Shown: positions 18,408 through 27,214 of the stretch, piece by piece
Numbering within the stretch: the stretch's first letter is position 1
How the letters are laid out: the number at the start of each line of letters is the position of its first letter
Assembly (NCBI GenBank): GCA_029242745.1
Contig: JAQWTI010000034.1
Location: forward strand, 24-64,023
DNA length: 64,000 bases
Reading direction: 5' to 3'
Source: Acidimicrobiales bacterium
Lineage (GTDB): Bacteria; Actinomycetota; Acidimicrobiia; Acidimicrobiales; MedAcidi-G1
Program-made: the position numbers and the translations under genes
Notes under the pieces: generated by a model
Databases searched by the model: none
Told to the model about the DNA's origin: nothing
The model's input: the letters and a program-made list of their open reading frames with translations, nothing else

Positions 18408-18945
18408 GGCAACCTTCCCTTCTCGTCTTGATACAGAGCGTGAGTCTAGTTCTGTTGAGCTGACCGAAGTTTAATTGGTGTGTTGACAGGTGAGCGTCGC
18501 GTCCCATCCTTCAGCAGTGCCAACGAGGCGCACGAGAAGATCGGCGGAATACCTCTGCTGTACCTCCACTGATCACAACAAGGTCACCATCCACGCTGCA
18601 CCTTGGACCTGACCGTTCCCGTCACCGAACTCAACAAGGAGGTCATCGCTGTTGTCAAACTAATCAGTAACAGATCAGAACCAAAAGAGGTTCCTCTCGA
18701 TTAACTCTCTGGCCGTTGGTGCTACCAGCGTGTCGCTCGATGGTCCTAGGAGTGCTTGATTTGCAGGGGTGATTTTGGAACAGGGACCTTCGCTCAGCTC
18801 TGAGAGTTGCATGCCAGCCCCGAAGCAGTGCTCTACGAGCCTCACTGCAAACTTCAGGTGGGGTAGTCTTGCAGGGCGGCTTTTGTTGATGCTTAAGTAC
18901 AGGCATGTGCGGAATTTAGGATTCGGGGGCTTGGAGCATCCTGTC

Positions 18946-19860
18946 ATGAACCTTCTAGGAAACCCAGAGGTATGTACGAACGGAGCCATTCTTGACCTTT
19001 GGCATCCGGTGGTTCCTACCAGTGAGATCGAAGTGGGAATAGTGCGGCAGGTGGTGCTGCTTGGGCAAGCAGTCAGTTACTCATTAACAGCGCCAGGGAC
19101 TTACTTTGCCTGGCGAACGGACCCTGCCATTCCCGCAGGAACAGTGTTTATGCCGTCGGTGGTAACTGAAAATCTTCCTGTTCTGCATCGGTATGGGTAT
19201 CTCTGGACAAGTCTTGGAGACCCAAGCGAAAGTCTCTTTGAAATTCCTGAATATGACGAACCAGATAGAAGAAATATCCACGCGGCGACGATTGGTGTCT
19301 ACTGCTCGGCGCCTCGGGCAGTAGAGAACTTTTTGGACTTGGGCCATTTTCCATACGTCCACACTGGGGTTCTAGGCATTGAGCCTCATACGGAAGTCGT
19401 CGAATACGACGTGCATGTAGATCCCGAGAACAATGAGCTCTGGGCTACTAACTGCCGCTTCTTTCAACCAATGGCGGCAGCCACCTCCACAACGGGCAAG
19501 ACGGTCGGGTACGAATTCCGGGTACCCCACCCTTACTGTTGTCTTCTCTACAAGACATCGCCTCTTGACAGCTCGCGTGTGGACGCAATTGGACTGTTTG
19601 TTCGATCGGTTGCTCCTGACTACATTGAGGCGAACATGTTTCTGAGCCTGCTTGATGAATCGAGTAGTGATTCGTTTATCCGCCAGTTCCAGCAATTAAT
19701 TTTTGCTCAGGACAAGCCCATCCTCGAAAATCAGAACCCAAAACTGCTACCGCTCGACCCTCGGGCCGAGACGCCTGTCCGGTCCGACAAGTTGGCAATC
19801 GCATATCGACGGTGGCTTTCTGACCTAGGCGTCACTTATGGCGTGCTTCCAAAGACTTGA
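18946..19860 (+). CDS. Rieske-less non-heme-iron oxygenase component (VanA/NdmC-like catalytic domain)
   Basis: ATG at 18946 with GGAG 9 nt upstream; the ORF track opens at 18769. Mononuclear iron motif ENFLDLGHFPYVH is present. The N-terminal WHPVV...RYGYLWTSLGDP frame of a Rieske domain is retained, but no CxH...CxxH ligands. Confidence 0.75.
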   Translation: MNLLGNPEVCTNGAILDLWHPVVPTSEIEVGIVRQVVLLGQAVSYSLTAPGTYFAWRTDPAIPAGTVFMPSVVTENLPVLHRYGYLWTSLGDPSESLFEIPEYDEPDRRNIHAATIGVYCSAPRAVENFLDLGHFPYVHTGVLGIEPHTEVVEYDVHVDPENNELWATNCRFFQPMAAATSTTGKTVGYEFRVPHPYCCLLYKTSPLDSSRVDAIGLFVRSVAPDYIEANMFLSLLDESSSDSFIRQFQQLIFAQDKPILENQNPKLLPLDPRAETPVRSDKLAIAYRRWLSDLGVTYGVLPKT

Positions 19861-19864
19861 GCCG

Positions 19865-21625
19865 ATGAGTAAAAGTTTGACGAATCTCTGGCATCCGATC
19901 GCGAGCGCTGAGGACCTGCCGTATCGCCACATCTTCCAGGGCCAGTTGCTTGGTCGTGAGCTTGCCGTGTGGCGAGCCGATGACGATTTTGTCAACATCT
20001 GGGAGAATCGCTGTCTGCATCGCGGTGTGCGACTCTCGATCGGGAGGAACGAGGGGCTTGAGCTTAAGTGTCAGTATCACGGCTGGCGCTACGCCAATCG
20101 ATCGGCTGGCTGTACCTACATTCCTGCTCATCCAGCGGACGCACCGGCTCGTACCATCTGCAACCGAACATTCCCGGTCTGTGAACGTTACGGACTGATC
20201 TGGTCGGGGGAGGACCCAACGGGAGATCCTCCTGAGATTTCACTCTTAGAGAAAGGTCGAACGCTCCCGTTGCGGAGCATCGCGGTCAACGCATCGCTGA
20301 ATCTCGTCCTGGAACACCTAGCCAACTATCGCTTTTCCCTCAACGGTGATCCTGGAAACCTTGCCGTGACCACTGCGGACTATCTGGACCAGTGTTCTCT
20401 TTCGGTAACTGCGACTTGCGATAGCAAACAATCGACAGTCCTCTTCTTCGTTCAGCCGGTTGACTCAAATCGATCCGTGATTCGAGGCGTCCTTTGCAGC
20501 AGCCCAACGGATTCTGAGCGGCTCCTGACGCTGCGACATCACAGCACGGAATTGTCTCACCTCCGCGAGAAAGTCGAACTCGACGCCCTTAAGGCCCCGC
20601 TGATTCAGCCAATGACGCCCACTATCGAACAGGTTCCTATCACCAGTTACGAAATAATGATGCCTTCTTCTGGTCGTAAGGCATCACTCCGCGTGCAAGT
20701 GCTTCGCAAATGGGTGACCGCCGAAGGGATTGTGGGTCTGGAACTCGAATCGATCGGCAAACCTCTACCAACTCCCCAGCCTGGCGCCCATATCGACGTG
20801 CACCTGCCCAATGGGTTGGTGCGGCAGTATTCGCTGACAAATGCACCAGGGCAGGGATCGCTATATCGGCTGGGGGTCAAACTTGAATCAGATTCACGTG
20901 GTGGTTCTTCCTGCCTCCACGAAACGGTCAAAGAAGGAGACGTCTTAGCCATTTCTGAGCCGCGGAACAACTTTTCGCTACGCCGCGACGCCGTGAAGAC
21001 GCTCTTGGTGGCTGGTGGGATCGGAGTGACGCCCCTGTTGTCAATGGCTCACACGCTAAGAAACAACAAATTAGACTACGAACTGCATTACTTCGCACAG
21101 ACCGATGGGCATCTCGCCTTTCCTGAGGTACTGCAGGAGTTTGGTGATGCAGTAGTGCTCCATCTCGGCCTATCGCCAGAGGCAACGAGCAAGGAACTGA
21201 CTGCGTTGCTTTTGGGATACAAGTCAGCAATGCACGTCTATGTATGTGGACCTGGACCCATGCTCGAGGCCGCTCGCCGTATTGCTTCTGAGGAGGGTTG
21301 GCCTGATACGGCCGTGCACTTTGAGTATTTCAGGAACACCATCGAGATTGACAGTTCATCTTCGTTCGAAGTCAGTTTGGCCAGATCAGCCCTCACACTT
21401 GAGATTCCGAGCGGCAAGACTATTCTCGAGATTCTTCGCGCAAACGGCATAACACTGATGTCGTCCTGTGAGCAAGGTGCATGTGGCACGTGCGAAGTAC
21501 CGGTGGTCGAAGGTGACCCAGAACATCAAGATGTCTACCTCAACGACTCAGAGAAGGCGGCAGGTCAGAGAATCATGACTTGTGTCTCTCGTGCGAAGTC
21601 GCCCCGTCTGGTTCTAGACATCTAG
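19865..21625 (+). CDS. Rieske [2Fe-2S] + FNR-like flavin/NAD(P)H + plant-type [2Fe-2S] ferredoxin fusion reductase (NdmD-like)
   Basis: Starts 4 nt after the previous stop. Rieske CLHRG...CQYHGW. FNR-like RQYSLTN, LLVAGGIGVTP, YVCGP. C-terminal CEQGACGTC...C ferredoxin motif. Confidence 0.8.
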   Translation: MSKSLTNLWHPIASAEDLPYRHIFQGQLLGRELAVWRADDDFVNIWENRCLHRGVRLSIGRNEGLELKCQYHGWRYANRSAGCTYIPAHPADAPARTICNRTFPVCERYGLIWSGEDPTGDPPEISLLEKGRTLPLRSIAVNASLNLVLEHLANYRFSLNGDPGNLAVTTADYLDQCSLSVTATCDSKQSTVLFFVQPVDSNRSVIRGVLCSSPTDSERLLTLRHHSTELSHLREKVELDALKAPLIQPMTPTIEQVPITSYEIMMPSSGRKASLRVQVLRKWVTAEGIVGLELESIGKPLPTPQPGAHIDVHLPNGLVRQYSLTNAPGQGSLYRLGVKLESDSRGGSSCLHETVKEGDVLAISEPRNNFSLRRDAVKTLLVAGGIGVTPLLSMAHTLRNNKLDYELHYFAQTDGHLAFPEVLQEFGDAVVLHLGLSPEATSKELTALLLGYKSAMHVYVCGPGPMLEAARRIASEEGWPDTAVHFEYFRNTIEIDSSSSFEVSLARSALTLEIPSGKTILEILRANGITLMSSCEQGACGTCEVPVVEGDPEHQDVYLNDSEKAAGQRIMTCVSRAKSPRLVLDI

Positions 21626-21634
21626 GGCGTGGTG

Positions 21635-22294
21635 ATGATCAAACTCTTCGATTACATCCTTTCAGTGAACTGCTATAAGCAGAGATTGATAATGAGCATC
21701 CTGGACGTGCCCTTTGAGTCGATACCCGTCGACTTCTACCCGGGATTGGAACACAAGGGTGAGGAGTTCAAGAAGATCAATCCACTTGGGCATATACCGG
21801 TCATCGACGACGACGGCTTCATGCTGCGAGATGCCCACGCAATCCTCGTATATCTCGCGTCAAAGTACGACCCAACCGGCCTTTGGTACCCAGTTAACTC
21901 CCCAGAGCTCGTTGGCGAAACTACCCAGTGGATGCTTTTTGCTGAAGGAACCACCAACACGGCTTCTGCGGCTCGTCTGCACGTGAACCTCGGTTACGAA
22001 TTCGACATTGATTCGTGTCGAGAGGGAGCCCACCGTCTGTTTCGCGTACTCGACGAGCATCTTTGGTTCAGAGAGCAAGAAAACCGGGACTGGGTGTGTT
22101 CAGGCGAACACCCCACCATCGCTGATATCGCGATATTCCCTGATGTAATCCTCTCCGAGGAAGGGGGTATTGCCCGTATCGATTACCCAGCGATTCGAAG
22201 GTGGACCGATCGGGTGAAACGACTTCCCGGGTTCCTGCCTATGCCGGGAATCTTCCCAACAGCTGATGCTCGGCCGCTATCTCACGAAGTTTGA
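21635..22294 (+). CDS. glutathione S-transferase-like protein (NdmE-like position)
   Basis: Thioredoxin-like N-domain (INPLGHIPVIDDDGFMLRDAHAILVYLA) plus a helical C-domain. Starts 9 nt after the reductase stop. Confidence 0.75.
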   Translation: MIKLFDYILSVNCYKQRLIMSILDVPFESIPVDFYPGLEHKGEEFKKINPLGHIPVIDDDGFMLRDAHAILVYLASKYDPTGLWYPVNSPELVGETTQWMLFAEGTTNTASAARLHVNLGYEFDIDSCREGAHRLFRVLDEHLWFREQENRDWVCSGEHPTIADIAIFPDVILSEEGGIARIDYPAIRRWTDRVKRLPGFLPMPGIFPTADARPLSHEV

Positions 22295-22554
22295 CCGGTC
22301 GCCCGCAGGAAGGAATTCCTTTCCCGTTCGGTCGTTTGAAAGGCAGGCGGCGGGCTTCGCTGATGCGAGTTGGCGGTTATTCCTAAACTCTTTCTACAAA
22401 CGCAAAGCAGGTGAGTCAGATACCAGAGGGCGGCTCAACCTCTCTGCTAGTGGAGAGTTGTTATCGTTCCCGTATCGCTTCAGAGTTATTTTGCTCTGAC
22501 CTTGCGTACTGACTTGCAGCGAGTTGTTGCAGAAAAGACTGGGGGGTAGACAAG

Positions 22555-23586
22555 TTGGACTATGCCGAGTTCTTACGGAAGATCCCAAAGGTCGAGTTGC
22601 ACTGCCACCTTGAGGGGAGCGTGCGAGCAACAACGGCCGTCGAACTTGCTAAGAAGTACTCAGTTCGCCTTCCGACCTACGAGCCGGAAGAGTTGTACCA
22701 GTACGAAGGAATCGTTGAGTTCCTCGAACGCTACATCCAGATATCTCATGCCATTATTGACCGTGAGGACTTTGCCCGTATCGCCTACGAAGCACTGGCG
22801 GATGGAGTGGCATTTGGCAACCTCCGTTATCGGGAGATGTTCCTGAACCCGACGAACCACTATGCCGACGGCGTGTCCTACGACACCGTGATCGATGGGG
22901 CTATCGATGGGATTCGGCAGGCAGAGCGGGATTATGGGGTTCAATGCCGACTGATCGTCGGCATCAATCGAGCGGAGTCTCCAAGTGATGCCGTCACCCT
23001 TGTTCAGCAGGTCGTCGATTCACCGCGCGATGAGGTAGTCGGGATTGGTCAGGACCATCTGACCCCTGACAACGAGGAAAATCCAGGCCGGTTCACTGAG
23101 GCGTACAGGCTCGCTGTAGCAAATGGATTAAACATCACCGCTCATGCCGGTGAGATCGACTCCTCGACCTCTGCGGATGTCGCAGCGGCTCTTGATCTGG
23201 GGTGTTTGCGCATTGATCACGGCTACAAGATTCTCGAAGACTCAGAACTCTTAAAGCGGGCTCGTGACAACAATGTTTATTTCACGTGCTGTCTCTTCTC
23301 GAGCAGGATTCTCTCCGGTTGGCACGATCTCGCAAATCATCCGATTCGACACATGATTGACGCGGGGCTCAATGTGACACTCAATACCGACGACCCGACA
23401 ATGATGAACACCCACATCGGGAAAGAGTACGAGGAGGGTTGCGTGGAGATGGGCCTTGGTCTGGACCAGGTGATAAAAATCGTGTTCAATGGCGTCGATG
23501 CTGCGTGGATGAATGGTGCCGACAAACAGGCACTACGCCATGAGTTTGAAGAAGCGATTAACTCACTCGGCTCCGAGTTGAATTGA
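22555..23586 (+). CDS. adenosine/adenine deaminase-family amidohydrolase, paralog 2
   Basis: TTG start with a G-rich RBS. ELHCHLEGS, ITAHAGE, RIDHGYK, LNTDDPTMM. Confidence 0.8.
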   Translation: MDYAEFLRKIPKVELHCHLEGSVRATTAVELAKKYSVRLPTYEPEELYQYEGIVEFLERYIQISHAIIDREDFARIAYEALADGVAFGNLRYREMFLNPTNHYADGVSYDTVIDGAIDGIRQAERDYGVQCRLIVGINRAESPSDAVTLVQQVVDSPRDEVVGIGQDHLTPDNEENPGRFTEAYRLAVANGLNITAHAGEIDSSTSADVAAALDLGCLRIDHGYKILEDSELLKRARDNNVYFTCCLFSSRILSGWHDLANHPIRHMIDAGLNVTLNTDDPTMMNTHIGKEYEEGCVEMGLGLDQVIKIVFNGVDAAWMNGADKQALRHEFEEAINSLGSELN

Positions 23587-23691
23587 CCCTCTGGAGATGG
23601 CTTACAGTGCGACAAAGCCTCAACCTGCGAGCCGAGTTCCGTGGGAAGCCAACTGCGACCAGCATTGCCTGTCTAATCTAGGAGGGTCTCG

Positions 23692-24720
23692 ATGAACATT
23701 GACGAAGCACTCCGCCTGATGCCAAAGACGGAACTTCACCTCCATCTTGAGGGGGCGGTGGACTCAACTACGTTCGCTGAACTTGCAGCGAAACACAGAC
23801 TTGAATTGCCGCCTCATGCCGTGGCGTCAGATCTTTACGAGTACGACAGCTTGGCTGATTTCCTTGATGTGTACTCGTTGGTGTCTCACTCGATACGAGA
23901 TCGTGATGATTTCCAGAGGGTGACCTACGAATGTCTTGAGCGCTGCGTGAACAGCGGTGCACGGTATGTCGAATTATTTTTTAGCCCCGAGTCGCACCTT
24001 CAAGTTGGAGTTAGTTACGAGACAATGCTTGAGGGCGTGCTCCAGGGTGTGGAAGATATCCAAGTAGACCTCGGTTTGGTTAGCAACCTCGTACCCGCGA
24101 TTAATCGTGAACTTGGCGGATATAGGGCCGTGGAATTTGTTCAGATGGTGGCGGACCACCGCCACGATCGAATAATTGGTGTGGGGCTGGATTTCAACGA
24201 GTTGGGCCACCCACCAGAAGCCTTCGTGGACGCCTTCCGTCTGGCCAGCCAAGTCGGCTTACATCGCACATCCCACGCTGGTGAGGTCGGACCCGCGCAG
24301 AACATTCGAACCGGAATCGAACTCCTTGATTGCCAAAGAGTCGACCATGGCTACAACATCGTGGAGGACGCTCGTTTGCTTGCAGATTGCGCGGCTAGCC
24401 AGATTCCTTTCACTGCATGTCCAACAACGACCACTTACACGAGTGCCTTTCGTGATCTAGGAGCCCCTGACCACGCAATTCGTCAAATGGCCGATGCAGG
24501 TCTAAAACTCACCATCAACTCTGACGATCCGCCAATGTTTGGTATCGATCTGGCAATGGAGTACTGCACCCTTTATCACCAGATGGGTTTCACTCCAGAC
24601 GACCTCAAGACGTTTGCGCTCAACGGCATCGATGCGGCGTGGATCGATGACCAAACTAAACGAGAATGGCGCTCCACCTGGAGCAACGAAATTGATGGCC
24701 TCCTTAGTCAGGTGGTCTGA
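23692..24720 (+). CDS. adenosine/adenine deaminase-family amidohydrolase, paralog 3
   Basis: AGGAGGG RBS. ELHLHLEGA, TSHAGE, RVDHGYN, INSDDPPMF. Confidence 0.8.
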   Translation: MNIDEALRLMPKTELHLHLEGAVDSTTFAELAAKHRLELPPHAVASDLYEYDSLADFLDVYSLVSHSIRDRDDFQRVTYECLERCVNSGARYVELFFSPESHLQVGVSYETMLEGVLQGVEDIQVDLGLVSNLVPAINRELGGYRAVEFVQMVADHRHDRIIGVGLDFNELGHPPEAFVDAFRLASQVGLHRTSHAGEVGPAQNIRTGIELLDCQRVDHGYNIVEDARLLADCAASQIPFTACPTTTTYTSAFRDLGAPDHAIRQMADAGLKLTINSDDPPMFGIDLAMEYCTLYHQMGFTPDDLKTFALNGIDAAWIDDQTKREWRSTWSNEIDGLLSQVV

Positions 24721-24941
24721 TCTTCAGGGGAAAGACTGGAATTAATTTGATCCACGAGTTCGCCGCGGAGACCGCATCTTCAGGGCTGAGATTTTAGATC
24801 GAGTATCGCCTCAATGTCTTGAATCGGTCCAGTTTTGGCCTTTTCCTATGGCCCCTGGGCCGAGAAAGCCTCAGAGCGCTGCCACTGCTAATGTGCGCAA
24901 TGTTGTTTGGGGCGAGAGGCTGGAGAAACAAAACTGTGGAC

Positions 24942-25961
24942 ATGGAGGCCTTTCTAAAAGCCATTCCAAAGGTGAGTCTGCATCTTCACTTGATGGGTTC
25001 GGTGCAGGCGCGTACCGCTGTGGAATTGTGTCAGAAACATGGGGTGGTACTGCCGGATTTTGAGGAGCCAGAGGATCTCTACGACTATCCAGACATTTAC
25101 AAGTTTCTCCACATGTATGACAACACTGCTCTTGGTGTGGTCGATAGAGAAGATTTTGAGCGAATTTGCTACGAGACCCTAAGCGAAGCGGCGGACCACA
25201 ACGTTCGCTACCGCGAAATGTCCTTTAACCCCACCACGCATATGGCGGCCGGCGTGGATTATGGGACTTGCGTCGACGGTCTCATTGATGGCATCAACGC
25301 GGCTCGGACCGATTATGGCATCGAGTGTCGCCTGGTCGCTGCAGTGAACCGGATGGAAAGTCCCGAACTCGCCGTCGAGATGGTCGAGACAATGCTGGCA
25401 AATCCCCGAGACGAGGTAATCGGAATTGGCTTGGACTACGCGGAGGACTCAGGGACCTCACCCGAGAGATTCTGGAAGGCCTATGGGATGGCACGCCGCG
25501 CTGGATACCGGTTGACAGCACACGCATCTGAGGCTGAACCACCTCGCAACATCGAGACGTGTTTAGATCTATTGGGCTGTGAGCGCGTTGACCACGGCTA
25601 TCACGTGGTCGAAAGTGAAGATGTGATGCGGCGCTGCCGAGACGAAGGCGTTGTTTTCACCTGCACCCCGGTTTCGACAGCATGGGTTTACTTTGATAAC
25701 GACTTTGACAACCACCCAATCGAACGCATGCGCGAATTTGGTTTGAAAATCAGCTTGGATTGCGATGATCCACCGATGTTCAAGACGGATCCAACAAAAG
25801 ACCTGGTCATGGCCCACAACCACATGGGCTTCGAAGTAGAGGACTTCCGACAGTGCATGCTTAACGGTATCGACGGGGCTTGGATTGACGAACCCGACAA
25901 GCGGTCAATGAGACGCCATTGGTCGACAGAGTTTGATGACCTGGCTGCGAATTTGGCCTAA
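24942..25961 (+). CDS. adenosine/adenine deaminase-family amidohydrolase, paralog 4 (variant motifs)
   Basis: ATG at 24942 gives MEAFLKAIPKVSLHLHLMGS. Also TAHASE, RVDHGYH, LDCDDPPMF. Closest to paralog 1. The ORF track opens at 24819. Confidence 0.75.
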   Translation: MEAFLKAIPKVSLHLHLMGSVQARTAVELCQKHGVVLPDFEEPEDLYDYPDIYKFLHMYDNTALGVVDREDFERICYETLSEAADHNVRYREMSFNPTTHMAAGVDYGTCVDGLIDGINAARTDYGIECRLVAAVNRMESPELAVEMVETMLANPRDEVIGIGLDYAEDSGTSPERFWKAYGMARRAGYRLTAHASEAEPPRNIETCLDLLGCERVDHGYHVVESEDVMRRCRDEGVVFTCTPVSTAWVYFDNDFDNHPIERMREFGLKISLDCDDPPMFKTDPTKDLVMAHNHMGFEVEDFRQCMLNGIDGAWIDEPDKRSMRRHWSTEFDDLAANLA

Positions 25962-26044
25962 GGTCGGAAGTAATATGTGCAATAGGGATTTAAGTAGTTG
26001 ACAAACTAGAGATACGACCGATAACGGGGAATGGGGCTTACTAA

Positions 26045-27214
26045 ATGAATAAGAATCAAACGGGAGGATTGCACCTTCCACCTTCTGCAAGTGGACCTGG
26101 TTACAGCCGGCGAGATGCACTTCGGCTAGGAGCCATTGGTGTTGGTGGCCTCGCCATAGGTGGTTCACTTCTGGCTGCTTGCGGCTCGGACGATTCTAGC
26201 ACAGGCGCCTCTGGCGGAGCCAAGGAGAGCATTAAGGCACATTGGGTCTACATCGGACCGCCTGACGATCAGGGTTGGACCCAGCGACACCATGAGGGCT
26301 ACTTGGCTGCTGTGGCTGCGATGGGGGACAAGATGGTTTCCGGGTACACACCCAACATAGGGTTCGACGCAGGCACCACTCAGCTCTTCCAGCAACTGGT
26401 AGATGACAAGAACGACATCATCTTTATGAACACGGAATACTCCGGACTCATGAGTGAGGTAGCGGACGCCAACCTTCAGGTGAAGTGGGCTGAGACCAAC
26501 GGCCATCATTTCACTGAGAACTGCTTTGGTTACTACCTCGCCCACGAAACCACTGCCTATCTGCTCGGAGTTGCAGCAGCTCATCTTGCTGACAATGGGC
26601 GGATTGGTTACATCGGAGCGTTTCCGACTGCGACTGCCTACAACGATGTCAATGGCATGCTCCTAGGGGCACGATCGGTTAACCCCGAGGCAACCGTTGA
26701 GACGGTTATGGTCAGCACGTTCTATGACCCTCAGGCGGCTGCGCAGGCATCTGACGCCCTGCTCAACAACGGTGTGGACTTCTTGTTTGGAGTGATGGAT
26801 GAACCAACCTTCCTCAACCTTGCAGAAGAGGCTGGCGTCTGGACTGGCTACTGGAACGGCGACTTCCCTGAGCAGGCGCCGAACATGTACACAGCCGGTT
26901 TCGATATCGGTCACGGCCTTGGCCCGTTCTACACCCAGCAGTGCCAAGCGGTTCTTAATGGTTCATGGGTCGCTCCAAGCGTGGCCACACTTCTTGACAC
27001 GCCACTGGGCGACTGGGGTCCAAAGGTTCCTCAGGACGTCAAAGATGCGGTCGCCGCAGCTGACGCTGCGCTGAAGAGTGGCGATCTCCACGTCTACGAA
27101 GGTCCGCTTATGGACAACAAGGGCAACCAGGTCTTGGCTGCCGGCGAGACAATTGACTCTCTGGGCGCCTACGAAATCAACTGGGCAGTTGAAGGCGTGT
27201 CGGGACTGGAGTGA
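26045..27214 (+). CDS. BMP-family (PnrA/Med-like) ABC substrate-binding lipoprotein, nucleoside/purine type
   Basis: Tat-like SRRDAL plus lipobox LLAACGS. The BMP-family body is a by-eye call (IGYIGAFP, FLFGVMDEP). Confidence 0.7.
   Translation: MNKNQTGGLHLPPSASGPGYSRRDALRLGAIGVGGLAIGGSLLAACGSDDSSTGASGGAKESIKAHWVYIGPPDDQGWTQRHHEGYLAAVAAMGDKMVSGYTPNIGFDAGTTQLFQQLVDDKNDIIFMNTEYSGLMSEVADANLQVKWAETNGHHFTENCFGYYLAHETTAYLLGVAAAHLADNGRIGYIGAFPTATAYNDVNGMLLGARSVNPEATVETVMVSTFYDPQAAAQASDALLNNGVDFLFGVMDEPTFLNLAEEAGVWTGYWNGDFPEQAPNMYTAGFDIGHGLGPFYTQQCQAVLNGSWVAPSVATLLDTPLGDWGPKVPQDVKDAVAAADAALKSGDLHVYEGPLMDNKGNQVLAAGETIDSLGAYEINWAVEGVSGLE

Noticed and set aside
18408-18945. Possible frameshifted pseudogene or riboswitch in the long divergent spacer. 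Minus-strand fragments such as DDLLVEFGDGNGQVQGAAW caught my eye.
   Set aside because: The fragments are short, interrupted by stops in every frame, and match nothing I can name. No known riboswitch consensus recognised.
22300-22320. The near-palindrome GGAAGGAATTCCTTTCC just after the GST-like stop, as a terminator.
   Set aside because: The stem has no loop, is imperfect and has no U-tract. Too weak to call.
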